Assembly (NCBI GenBank): GCA_965235115.1
Contig: OZ249439.1
Span: 14,942,001-15,006,000 of the forward strand
Direction of reading: 5' to 3'
From: Laetmonice hystrix
Lineage: Eukaryota
DNA length: 64,000 nucleotides
Both the position numbers and the translations under genes were made by a program. The first letter of the stretch is position 1, and the number at the start of each line of letters is the position of its first letter. Shown in pieces: positions 1 to 11,739 of this stretch. The notes beneath the pieces were generated by a model. It saw nothing but the letters and a program-made list of their open reading frames with translations, had not been told where the DNA came from and made no database searches.

Positions 1-482
1 CTGGGCATTACATCCGGGGTTATTTCTAACCTGACGGAAACAGCCGGAAATGGCCAAGGGTTCCCGAATCTCCTCATGTATGGCCCACAGCAGAGTAAAC
101 GAGATTTATACGCCCTTTTACAAGATTATAATACATATTACATCGAAAGACATCGTCAGTTACTCGTCTCCGATGGACACATAATTCTATCATGTCTCCC
201 AAACCTGGGTCGTTTTTCTAATACAGACCACCATGTCGTTGCTACTAACTACACCAACTTACACCTTGATTTAGACATCAGTTTTATCAGTAAACAACAG
301 TTGTTCAGCATTGCCCCCCCCCCCCCTGCTCTAGGAATCAGATATCTATCGTTTCTCTATCGATCACCATTTCTCTATGTAACACTCATCACGTCAGAGA
401 GGAAGATTAAGGAAGGAAGTGTGAGAAATGCGAACGTGTCAGGGTATAGTTGTAGACGTAATAACGTTATTGTAGATAACCT

Positions 483-1040
483 AGCCCGACTGTTTGTGGT
501 GGGCCGGTGAGAGTTATACGTTTGAGCTGCCCCCCTCCCCCAGCCCGACTGTCTGTGGTGTGCCGGTGAGAGTTATTTTGAGCTGGTCCCCCAGCCAGAC
601 TCTCTGGGGTGGGCTGGTGAGAAATACGGTTGAGCTGGTTCCCCCAGCCCGACTGTCTGTGGTGGGCCTGTGAGAGTTATTTTGAGCTGGTCCCCCCAGC
701 CCGACTGTCTGGGGTGGGCCGGTGAGAATTATTTTGAGCTGGTCCCCCCAGCCCGACTGTCTGTGGTGGGCTGGTGAGAGTTAGACGTTTGAGCTGGTCC
801 TCCCAGCCCGACTGTCTTTGTTTTAACTGGTCCACCAGCCTGACTGCCTGAGGTGGGCCAGTGAGAAATACGTATGAGCTGGTTCCCCACGTTTAGACCT
901 ACCACCAGGTTGCCAGTGAGAGTTGTTATATGTTTGAGCTGGGTTCCCCAGGTTTACCGTCAGCTGGCCGGTTAGAGTTATGTTTGAGCTGGCTCCCCAC
1001 CATTGCTGAGTGAGAGTGAGAGTTGCTATGTTTGAGCAAG
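483..1040. repeat. Degenerate minisatellite, ~52-bp unit, ~10 copies
   Basis: Recurring AGCCCGACTGTCTGTGGTGGGCCGGTGAGAGTT...GAGCTGGTCCCCC with anchors near 483, 542, 593, 646, 698, 750, 804. It decays after ~850. Confidence 0.85.
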
Positions 1041-3898
1041 GGCTGAGCAACAGCTGTGCCGCACTGTAGACGTTTATTCAAATACATGTATAGTATAAAG
1101 AACGATATAAAGAAAGCAGAATGTAGTCTGGGTAACCATCTTAGGTGAGATATATTGCTACTTTCCACAAAGTTATCGAATTACATGTCGTCAGTTAAAT
1201 GCATGTAAAAGTGTGATCAATCTTATAGTCCCCTTTATGTCAATATTTTCAAAAGCGCTAATCAAATAAATGCCTCTTATTCTGAGAACGAAACCAGTTG
1301 TGATTCGGCATAATTATGTTGATATTATAACTCACAGGCAGATGTGTGAACTACTGAAAATATCAATATTAAAAATAAAGATTGATCGAGACATGACGCT
1401 CGCTGCCTGATCACATATTGAAAACAACTTTCAGAGACAATGGTTATCCTGCCTGAGAATGAGCGATAATGCCCCCATCAGAATAACTTGATTTGGCGTT
1501 AACCCTGATAACGCACAGGAAAGGTCATTTTCCAGAGTGTAAAATTTACACAAGCAGCATAACATAATGGATTATTGCGTTGGTTTCTGAATGTTCTCTG
1601 CCATACTGACGGGACAGTCTGATCCTTACCCGAGGTATTTCCTACAATAGAGTAGTATTTGTCTTCTGTGGCATCATACATATGATATGGAGGTCTGCAT
1701 GGTTAGACATATATACGTCACCGCATATTCATGAAATTCCGATGATCTACAAATACAAGATACACATCGGAAGGTCGGTATTCTCTTCACCATTACAGCC
1801 TTTATAAACCTTTATGTGAGGGAACAAATATAGTCACTAAAGAGATTTAGGGGTTAAAGGGAATCGTTGAAATTTGACGATACTGACTGATAGATGTGTA
1901 ATAGCTCTAGAGTAACAGGCCGTGCTCTCATTTCAGCAGCTCGTTACGACCGGTCAGATCTTATTTCAAGCCGCCGCGCAAGTGGTACAATATAAACGAC
2001 CAGCGTAATGTTTCCAGACCATGTCGAGCGAGGAATTTCAAGCAAAAGTTTTGAATGGCGCAACCAAATATGATCTTAGATAATATGCATGCAGCTTACA
2101 AGTGCATCGACCATGGCATGGTATCCATTGTAATGGTGATAAATAATGACAACTGCAGCTGCCACGTTCTAGATAAAAGAGAAAGTTATGAAAGCCCAGA
2201 AGGTTCATACAGAATGCGAGATGCGAATTTCTGAAATGTGAAACAACCAATCGTAGGCCGTGTTGGTCTTGATCAATCGTGCAACAACTTTTAATTATAC
2301 AGGAGATTAAGACAAAGATGGCGACCATCTCGGTCGGGAAGAAAATGTTTAGTCACGGCTACTAGCTTAACTAGTTAGCAGTCTTCTCTTGTGATCTCCT
2401 ACCCAGCGGGTGCTTTCTATAACGTCCGCGCTCATCCCATTTAACGCCTGGCGCCTTTGAAGACGCAGGCACTTCCCAATGCATATAAAGTCCTGTCTAT
2501 GTCTTTTAGTGGTCGATTCTTGGTGATGCCAACGATATATCAGAATCACATAAAACAACATCTATAAAACGTCTTTCTCAGGAGGCCTAAATCATTACAA
2601 AAATTACATCTATTACACATCTTTGCCGTTGTTGTCCTCAACCAGAGAAACCTCCGAACACAATCTTTTTACAATCAGTGTAGAAGGCAGTTTTTAATTG
2701 GATGTTGAGAGAAAGTAAGTAACCTTTAATCTTACTGTCCAGGTTTTTTTTTCTAGCATTTCACATTTAGCATGAGTCAAGACCAACATAGTCTAGGATT
2801 GCCTGTTTTACATTTCGCATGAGCCTTCTGGGCTTTCATAGAAAGTCAATCAAACCAGCGATAAGAGAAATTCAGTTAGATCGTTTGCACAGGACTTGAC
2901 TGCGGGGAAAGCGGGCGAATTGTGGCCGACCTCCCGACAACAGAGCCATCACCAATCCTGAGATCGCGGGTATTCTCAGGAATAATTCAAAGGCACTTTT
3001 ATGAAAACCTTCGTCGGTGTCGCAAATGCATCTCACCCGACCGGCCAAACAGAAATTTTGTTTTCTCGGTTCTCTCAACATTTCAATTTGCTTGATGGTC
3101 TGTTTGAGGCTGGGTTTTTTTTTCAAAAAATGTTATGCAAGGAAAAAGGTGATACTAGGCAGGTGGTATGCAGAGATGAAAAGCTTAGTTGTGGGCCAGC
3201 GAGTTTATCCTTATTTGGTTTTCTCGGAATTCTGTCCATGAAATGAGATCATTTGGATTAATGAAGGAAATTTGTGATACAGTTTGGATATTTATCAGAG
3301 GATTGCTGAAGTGGCAATGTGGAATAACTATTTCAGATTGCTGTTATCGGACGTCCATGCTATCAATTTGTGGTCTAACAATTATTAATTTTTTTCGCCG
3401 TTAATTGGTATACTTTCCATGCGTCCCCGTTTTGTGTGCATGGATACCACCGCAATGCCATGCCCGTCATAATACCGAGTTCGGGTATAGGTACCAATGA
3501 AGCTTCTACTTTGGTATGACAAAGTGGTCTTAAGTCAGATTTACTATTCCGCAGTAATCGCCCAGCAAACGCATCCCTCCTAAATAGCGGTGTCTGCGTG
3601 ATTTGAATCTTTAATAACTCTCATATTGGTTCTCTCGCTCTTGCAGTCCATTTGCTGACTCGACCGTATAGTGGTTGACAACCGTGGTGCCTACCGTCGA
3701 CCAGACTTCCATTCTCTCACCATTACGGCAACGAACGCCTGCTCTCGGATAGGAGACCTACAACAAGGCGTCCCAGCCAGCGTCCCAGCCGGAGTCCCAC
3801 CCAGGAGATTCCGGCTTGAAGAATCCTTTATAACGCTGCATGGGGCATCACCACAGCGAGTATTATACATGCTGATAGGGCCATAGAAAGGAGTAGTA

Positions 3899-5203
3899 AT
3901 GGATGACTACAGTAAGACCATGGAGCCCACTACATCTGAGTGGGCGCTCGCTAATGCCTCAAACATGTCCTCGACCACGAACGGTAATCTGACGGGGGAC
4001 GGCGCTCAGATTCTCTCCCAGTCTGATCTGATGTTTCAGCAGGCCGTCCAGAAACTGAACATGTTTGGAATACCGATGATTATTCTAGTTGGTGTGTGTG
4101 GCAATACGTTGTCGTTTGTGGTGTTCGTGTGCACCCAACTGAGGTTCCAGTCGTGCAGCGTTTACTTAGCCTTCCTAAACATCGTCGACATTGGCTTCCT
4201 CCTCTGTCTTGGTATCATATGGTTCGGGTGGATTCAAATTAACGTTTTGAACAGACAGGTGATCTGCCAGTGTGTGATTTATCTGTCGTACGTCTGTGCC
4301 TTCCTCAGCTCGTGGACTGTGGTAGCCTTCACAATGGAACGATATGTAGTTGTGTTTTACCCTCTGAGAAAAAACGTCCTATGTAGTCCTCGTAGAGCGA
4401 AATTTATAGTTTTGGGGCTCTGTGGTACAGCGATGATTCTATACTGTTTCTCCACGTGGATGACAGGAGTGATGTCATTTGGAGACCAACGAGCGTGCGT
4501 CTACCTGCCTCAGTTTGAAACGGCCTGGAAGGCTATAGTCCCCGTCGATACCTTAATAACTTTCATCGTCCCGTCTCTGCTGGTCATACTCCTCAATGTT
4601 GGAATCACCGTCAAGATTTATGATTTCATTCACCATTGTGATGGTATGGCGGTTTCTATGACGTCAGATGACGTACACCTACCGAATCATGACGTTTGCA
4701 TGCGTCGATTCAGCCAGACGTTCGGCAGTGGACAGAACGTGTGTAAATCTCCAAGACCCGTCCCGCACAGACACCCTCGTTTGAACTGTCAAAAGCGTAA
4801 AACAAGCTTTGTCTTTAATGCGATCTCACAACATTCCAACTACGTGTGTATCCGCCATAATTACCAGATCCGAATTACCCGGACTCTGGTAGTGGTGTCC
4901 AGTGTGTTCGTTCTCCTGAATCTGCCCAGTCACGCTTTCCGTACCTACGCCTGCATGGTATATCTAATTCATGGCGAGACATCATTTACGTTAAACGCAT
5001 TGCTGTGGCAGCACATTCTTCAACTGGTATATTACATAAACTTTGCGAGTAATGTATTTTTATACTCTTCAAGTAGTCGCTCTTTTCGAAGTGCTCTCAA
5101 GCGACTTTGCAATCGCTGGAAGCAAAAGGCAAGAGCTGCATACATAACTATCCGACAACCATTCAAAATGTCCTATCCACGACTGAAGAAGGAAGGCGTA
5201 TGA
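3899..5203 (+). CDS. Intronless class A (rhodopsin-like) GPCR, FMRFamide/TRH/sex-peptide-receptor-like orphan peptide receptor, 434 aa
   Basis: ATG-to-stop ORF with seven hydrophobic segments. Motifs: TM1 GN (VCGNTLSF), TM2 LAxxD-like (YLAFLNIVD), TM3 ERY (FTMERYVVVFYPL), ECL2 Cys, TM6 LLNLP, TM7 INFASNVFLY. N-glycosylation sequons lie in the N-terminus, and there is a splice acceptor for the 5' UTR near 3646. Confidence 0.95.
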   Translation: MDDYSKTMEPTTSEWALANASNMSSTTNGNLTGDGAQILSQSDLMFQQAVQKLNMFGIPMIILVGVCGNTLSFVVFVCTQLRFQSCSVYLAFLNIVDIGFLLCLGIIWFGWIQINVLNRQVICQCVIYLSYVCAFLSSWTVVAFTMERYVVVFYPLRKNVLCSPRRAKFIVLGLCGTAMILYCFSTWMTGVMSFGDQRACVYLPQFETAWKAIVPVDTLITFIVPSLLVILLNVGITVKIYDFIHHCDGMAVSMTSDDVHLPNHDVCMRRFSQTFGSGQNVCKSPRPVPHRHPRLNCQKRKTSFVFNAISQHSNYVCIRHNYQIRITRTLVVVSSVFVLLNLPSHAFRTYACMVYLIHGETSFTLNALLWQHILQLVYYINFASNVFLYSSSSRSFRSALKRLCNRWKQKARAAYITIRQPFKMSYPRLKKEGV

Positions 5204-6149
5204 CTATAATAATCTGTCGTCTTTAAAAACGACAGGATAACTTTCATGATCTAGTGTCCTTGTTATCCGTGCTCAGATCTATTACATCAGACAGAAAGTC
5301 AGCCAGAGAAATCACGTCCGTAAATGATGTAAGAACGAGCCGCTAATATACATGATATATCTCTGAGCAGACGAAAGTTGATTTCCTTATAATATCCTTC
5401 TGCTAGACGCCAATTCCTTCTTCATGTTCCGCGCTGTGATTCTGTAAGAGTATAGACCGTGGTAAAGTAGCTTAGAGTTCCGTACTGCATTTACCCATAA
5501 GAATAGCCCGGCTACGAAAAAGCTCACCACAATACCCCGTGTTATTGGCATACGAGGGAGAAAGCCGGAGGCGGAACCCTCTACTGTGATGTTTTGGGCA
5601 TTGCAAACGGTGACGGGAAGTGATTGAAACGTTTCTGGTCAAACTGTTGAGATACACCTACAGATGGCGTTGTCACCACGACACCTCCAGTATGATTTGA
5701 CATGGTTGTGCCTTCAACAACATACTCGCAGCCACCGTCAAAAACAATCGAACTGGTAAACCGTCACCGTCTTTAGAAAAAAATAGAATAACACGAATTG
5801 AGTGTGCCTTATTTACAAATGGTTCCTTCCTGATTTCCTAGCTAATTTTTAATTCGGTGCTGTAAAAAAGATGCAGAAATTACGTATTAATAAAGGCATC
5901 AATATAAAAGCAACGTGAAACAGTTTTACTTCGGTTTATACTACGAACAGCAGATCGACAGGTTAGAACCGCCGATTGTTGCTTCAAAATGTAGGCCTAC
6001 ACTTGGCTTCGCAATGATAGATTATATAGGTAATTCGAAAGGTAAGGGATTCCTTTTCTGTTGATTTAGTTCCTCATGGTACATTTCTGTTTTAAGTTTT
6101 ATAGTCAGGGTTTCTCATAGAATTTTGAGAAAACGCCAACTGCAATCAT

Positions 6150-6243
6150 TCGTCCCCATGACGTCATGGGCGCAAGGATATTTTTCCCAATCCCAATCCT
6201 GAACAGAGCGAAGCGCTTCGCACTTGTTGGGCATGAAACTAGT
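6150..6243 (+). mobile_element. Possible 3' terminus of a non-autonomous Helitron-like element
   Basis: Perfect palindrome GCGAAGCGCTTCGC (6208-6221), then CTAG (6239-6242) followed by T, the Helitron 3' signature. I could not identify a 5' end. Confidence 0.35.
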
Positions 6244-7590
6244 AGATTAAATTGTCCTACTAGTGTGGTTATTCATGCTGATGGTCTTTAAAGATGTCCA
6301 TTCATGGTTCAGAAACTGGCAAGCGTGCGTGCTGGGCGACAATACAAGTTGGACGGCGACATACTGCTTACACCGATCGGGTTGCACGACACAAGGTGTC
6401 CTTTCAAAATTTCCATCCTTTGGAATAAGAATATCTGGCAGAACGCGGAGAGGCTCACAGGATCAAGGATTTAGTTATGGCTAACAGCTTTGCCTCCGGG
6501 ATTTTGGGTCTTCAGGGTTGACAGAGACTGTTCCCCGCACCAATGGCGTAAAGCTATTACTTGGTGGCATTGGATTTCAACGATTGTCTGTTGGTTATGG
6601 TAAGTCAGCCTGTCCAAATTGGTTGTAAATGCTTCCTTAATGAGTCGATATCACTTTCTGAATTGTTCGTCATTCCTGTCTTTATCAGGTTTCACATAAA
6701 TCACATGACGGATTCTACCTGGACAGACATTGTTCATATCTGGATTCCGCCTAATGGTACCAAGGCGGTTAACGTACTCACCCTTCCGTCCCGGAGGAAG
6801 TTTGAGGCAACATGACCGAGTTAATCATGTAAGGACGCTCTCGAGGAAACCCCAGACCATCATTTTCTATAAACAAAATCCTATCCAAAAATAACGTACA
6901 CCTTCACCTCAATGAGCGTTCTAAAATCAACCTTACCTTTATCTTAGCAAACGATTTGAAGGAGACATTAACGAGGAAATAAAGGTTGATTCTAAAATAA
7001 CTTGTGGCCACCTTAGAAATCAAGAAATCCTTTGCCTTAATCTAAAATATGGCCCTTATCTATCCATCTAAATACACCATTTCGTATTTTACTGAAATGC
7101 TTCTTGATTTATTGTTTTTGTTGTATGTAATGAATTATAATATTCTATTGCTAGCCACCGCCTTTCTGGGAATAGGCTTTTACTATTTTTGATCATGTAT
7201 AATGTGTGCAGAGATGAACGGGAGTGACAGTCCATCGCGCCGTGGCGAAATGGTGGTATTGGATGTCCTCGGGCAGAGATTTTAAAATAAAACCACCGAA
7301 AAGAATGGATTGAACGTGACGTTGGAGCGCTCATTACATTAGTTCTTGGCTCGCCTCCAGGAGGCGCTGCCATCGCCAGGTTCGCCGTCTGATTGCGAAC
7401 TACTATTAGAGCCCCAGATTAGATGAGCCGGGTGAGGGGTTAGGGGGCCAAGCGGTAAATATCTGCGGGATACACCAGGATAACCGAGATTATCTAATTG
7501 TAACAGGCAGATATGGAAAATAGCATTCTCCCACGTTCAGAAAGGATTTAATTACTCATCACTGATCGGCGGGATTCACCGCCAACAGAT

Positions 7591-8590
7591 CATGGCAAGG
7601 ACCACTGTGTCCCTTCACGTACCAACCCCCACCAACAGAACATGGCATGGACCACTGTGTCCCTTCACGTACCAACCCCCACCAACAGAACATGGCATGG
7701 ACCACTGTGTCCCTTCACGTACCAACCCCCACCAACAGAACATGGCAAGGACCACTGTGTCCCTTCACGTACCAACCCCCACCAACAGAACATGGCAAGG
7801 ACCACTGTGTCTCTTCACGTACCAACCCCCACCAACAGAACATGGCATGGACCACTGTGTCCCTTCACGTACCAACCCCCACCAACAGAACATGGCAAGG
7901 ACCACTGTGTCCCTTCACGTACCAACCCCCACCAACAGAACATGGCAAGGACCATTGTGTCCCTTCACGTACCAACCCCCACCAACAGAACATGGCATGG
8001 ACCACTGTGTCCCTTCACGTACCAACCCCCACCAACAGAACATGGCATGGACCACTGTGTCCCTTCACGTACCAACCCCCACCAACAGAACATGGCATGG
8101 ACCACTGTGTCCCTTCACGTACCAACCCCCACCAACAGAACATGGCAAGGACCACTGTGTCCCTTCACGTACCAACCCCCACCAACAGAACATGGCAAGG
8201 ACCACTGTGTCCCTCACGTAACAAACCCCACCAACAGAACATGGCAAGGACCACTGTGCCCCTTCACGTACCAACCCCCACCAACAGAACATGGCATGGA
8301 CCACTGTGTCCCTTCACGTACCAACCCCCTCCAACAGAACATGGCAAGGACTACTGTGTCCCTTCACGTACCAACCCCCACCAACAGAACATGGCATGGA
8401 CCACTGTGTCCCTTCACGTACCAACCCCCACCAACAGAACATGGCAAGGACCACTGTGTCCCTTCACATACCAACCCGGCGCCCCACCAACAGAACATGG
8501 CAAGGACCACTGTGAAACGTCCCTTCACGTACCAACCCCCACCAACAGAACATGGCATGGACCACTGTGTCCCTTCACGTACCAACCCCT
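7591..8590. repeat. Homogeneous minisatellite, 50-bp unit, ~20 copies
   Basis: Unit CATGGC(A/T)... = CATGGCAWGGACCACTGTGTCCCTTCACGTACCAACCCCCACCAACAGAA with exact 50-bp periodicity. Two main variants differ at one base. Confidence 0.97.
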
Positions 8591-9534
8591 GACCGTAAGT
8601 GAACGAAGGACTATCGCTGGTTCACGTACATGTTGAAGAAAGACAGGCCTTGCCCTGATGGCGACTTGATAAGAAGCTCGTTGTGAAGGGCTCATAGTTG
8701 GGCGTTACCATCACGCGGGGAATTCTGTAAGTCGACTCCCCCCTGGCAGCTGGGACGTCAGTGAAATTAACTGTAAAAATACGCAATAGTTTTTTACAGC
8801 GATGTTGGCTATCACCTCATTCCTCTTCCCCGTTCTCTTTTCTTCCTTTCTTTATCTCTTTTTTAAATATCATGAAATATTATAGCAGAGCCCGTCAGGC
8901 TGTTTTCACGGTCTCTGCCTGGTTCTCGGTGATTGAGTAATCAACACCTGCCCGGAGTGTAGACAATACTCTATTAATATACCAACAGTTTGAACAACAG
9001 AAGGAGAGGCAACACGGCACCCCGCCCTAAAAAGGGTCTGGGAAGATCCCTTGGGTGATTCTTACACTGACAGATTCAGGGCTTAGCTAATTCCTTACAT
9101 GCATTTAAATAGTATGCAAACGAGATAATGGGATGTTTTCTTACAAAGTAATTACACGAAGCACAAAGACGGTTAACATTTGTGTTGTGGATTACCTGGT
9201 TATTGAGTAACGACTAAATCAGTATCACTGGCATGATGTTTTCGAGGAGGTATCTTAGAGAGCAGGTGCTTGCAGCAGGTGCTTGCTCAAAGATGAACAG
9301 CAAGGATCAAGTATCAGTGATCGAGGAGGTCATTTATCAACTGGAAGAAGTATTCGTCGATTGACTCCGAGCAGCACGAACGTCACAATAAATAATCTTT
9401 GTTACGCCTTCATATCTAAATAAGGAGGGGGAGACGAGTGAAAGACACCAATAACAACCGTAAGAACAAGACCAAACTCATCTGATGTAATTGTCAATCG
9501 TAACATTCTGCCTTGTTGAGGCAAAAACATGTTC

Positions 9535-9688
9535 AGAACTAGACACGTTGTGGTGATACCACAATGGATCCCATCCCCTGGGTGTCCCGTCTGACATCTT
9601 GGCTGACGATACCTGTACCTATCTTATCTATAGCTTACCATCTCTTACCTTGAAGGCCTACCATCATCAGGTCATTACTCAACCGTAA
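9535..9688. repeat. Dispersed repeat fragment, second copy at ~40014-40600
   Basis: CAGAACTAGACACGTTGTGGTGATACCACAATGGATCCCATCCCC occurs at ~9535 and ~40014. TCAGGTCATTACTCAACC follows at ~9667 and ~40580. Confidence 0.7.
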
Positions 9689-10125
9689 AGGGAGATGTGA
9701 GTGTTCGACGGAATTTGATTGACCACTGGAATTTTCAAAATACATGTATTTTTATGGGGGATAGCCTTTGTCCTTAGGAGTTCAAAAAAATCATATGTCA
9801 CCGAATTAGTTTTTTTTATACAGGCCTCCGTAAAAAATGCGTCTTTACTATAGGTTTCAATAGGGGAAAACAGGATTTTTCAGACATTTTGACTAATAGT
9901 TAAAAAATGACCACCAATTTTTTCCTGAAACTCGGTGACAAGATATAGTGGATCAGGACTAATATTTTAAAACAAAAAAAATTGGGGGTCGCCGAATCAA
10001 ACAAAAAGTTACAGCCTGCCAAACATTTTTCTGTTAAAGCTCACTACGCGGCGATTTGAACTCACATTTCCCCAGTGGCACCAACGCGACTCACTAGGTG
10101 GCGCTTTGAACACTCACATTTCCCT
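9689..10125. mobile_element. Kolobok-like MITE (TTAA target, AG termini)
   Basis: 18-bp terminal inverted repeats AGGGA(G/A)ATGTGAGTGTTC match at 17/18. Right flank is TTAA (10126-10129) and left flank is GTAA (9685-9688). No coding capacity. Confidence 0.7.
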
Positions 10126-10129
10126 TTAA

Positions 10130-10630
10130 GCCTATATGCTCCACTATGAGAAACCAGCTCCCGAAGTCCCGCTGCCGAAGTACTTCGGGAGCAGGACTTC
10201 GGGAACGCCCCCAAACGGCACTTCGCAGCAGAAAAATTTTGCACGCAGTGTTCGCGAAGATGGTTCCCAAAGGTACTACCGAAGTCGGTTTGCGGACAGC
10301 GTTTGTCACGATCCATCATGGCGGACATGGCGCCTTGGTTTGGCATTCCAACCCCGGTATTTTCTGAAATAATAAACGATGACGAGGTGGAGATCTACCT
10401 TCTGAGGAAAATGACACGAAGGAGGATTCACAGATGGTGGGTGCGACCATGGATTCAAAGGCCAGAGAGCAGCCCCGTTTATATTACAAAAAAATAAGGG
10501 TGCTCGGTCCGGACCGAGAACGGTACCCCTAAAAAAGTGGCAATGTAAATTTGTCAGTCTGGACCTAAAGTGGACCGGTCCGAGACCCCCCAAAAGGGAC
10601 AGAGGACGATACCTCGGCAGTGTAAATTAA
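10130..10630 (+). mobile_element. PIF/Harbinger-derived relic(s)
   Basis: The short ORF 10303-10497 contains RRRIHRWWVRPWIQR, which resembles the N-terminal R..WVxPW motif of Harbinger transposases. Harbinger-like terminal sequences (AGCCTATATGCTCCACT, AGCCCCGTTTATATTAC ... GCAGTGTAAA) and internal palindromes are present. Confidence 0.4.
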
Positions 10631-11739
10631 ACACTTCAAGGGTCTCATAAGTGTACTAATATGCACAACTTACCTTATTGATACCATTAGAGGGTGATGG
10701 CCGTTTATGTCAAGCCTTGGGCCGAGCAGGGGCCCCGTTCTGAGGTCATAACACCAGCAAATATACCGCAGCGGAAGGTAACGCCTGAACCGTTCGAATC
10801 AGGAAAGGCTTAAACAAAAACAAATTACGGACTTCAGCTCAATTGGAACTCAGAATTAACTAAATAAAGCGAAAGATTGCTCCAACTCACAATCAGATTG
10901 GCCTACGTGTGACTTATCATTCCCGTCCAAATCAAAATTTGACAAATATAGGCTGTTACATACATCCAATGCCTACCTATGAACACTTTTTGTCGAGCAC
11001 TTTGTCGAACTCGTCCGATAGGCACTTGGTTCTGAGATCATCCGCAGCGCCATCTATGGAGAAAGCATTGAACAAAAGAACGTCATGTTTTGCAGATTCA
11101 GCGTGGAAATAGAGGGTGAATTTATATACCATTCAGTGGGGTTGTAATTTATGACGTAGGAGATATTTTCTTTGGTTGGTGACTATTTCAATGACGACTA
11201 CGACCATCGCTACACACAGATTCGATCTGCAACCTCACGTTGTAGTCTTTTTACATTTTGCGATGTGTCATTGATTTCATCAGCACCGCTTTTAGAATAA
11301 TCTTATAAAAACTATACATGTGTCCATATAAAGGTCTTTCACACTCGTGAGCTTGTACGTACCTTTCCTGAAACTAATATACACAATGCTCGACGTAGTT
11401 GTGAGAAAGACCGATATCGATGGCCACGAGTTCTACGGTTACACCAAGCCATTAATAGTATTTCACAGGCTAGAGATCCGAAAGGGCCTGTTTCTTGAAA
11501 CATGACTCGGTAATTTGCATGCATTCTAAAATTCACTTAAATCCCAAAGTGTCAAAATCCGAGCTTATCCTCAGTCCAAATTTTGAAGGGGGGGGGGAGT
11601 TGGTTGACAGTCTTAGTGCTCAAACTAGCTGTCCAAATTAGATCTAGGCAATGTTATCAGTATACACACTTGATTCCATAGTAAACCACCTGCAGTTGGG
11701 AAAAAGTCACAGTACGCCACATAACTGGCTAAATGTGGG

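Noticed and set aside
76-510. 144-aa ORF at the window start
   Set aside because: No recognisable motif, it runs through a poly-C tract into a minisatellite, and it has no splice support.
7592-8636. Three long overlapping ORFs (209-329 aa)
   Set aside because: They are by-products of a stop-free 50-bp repeat read in all frames, with no unique coding flanks or splice context.
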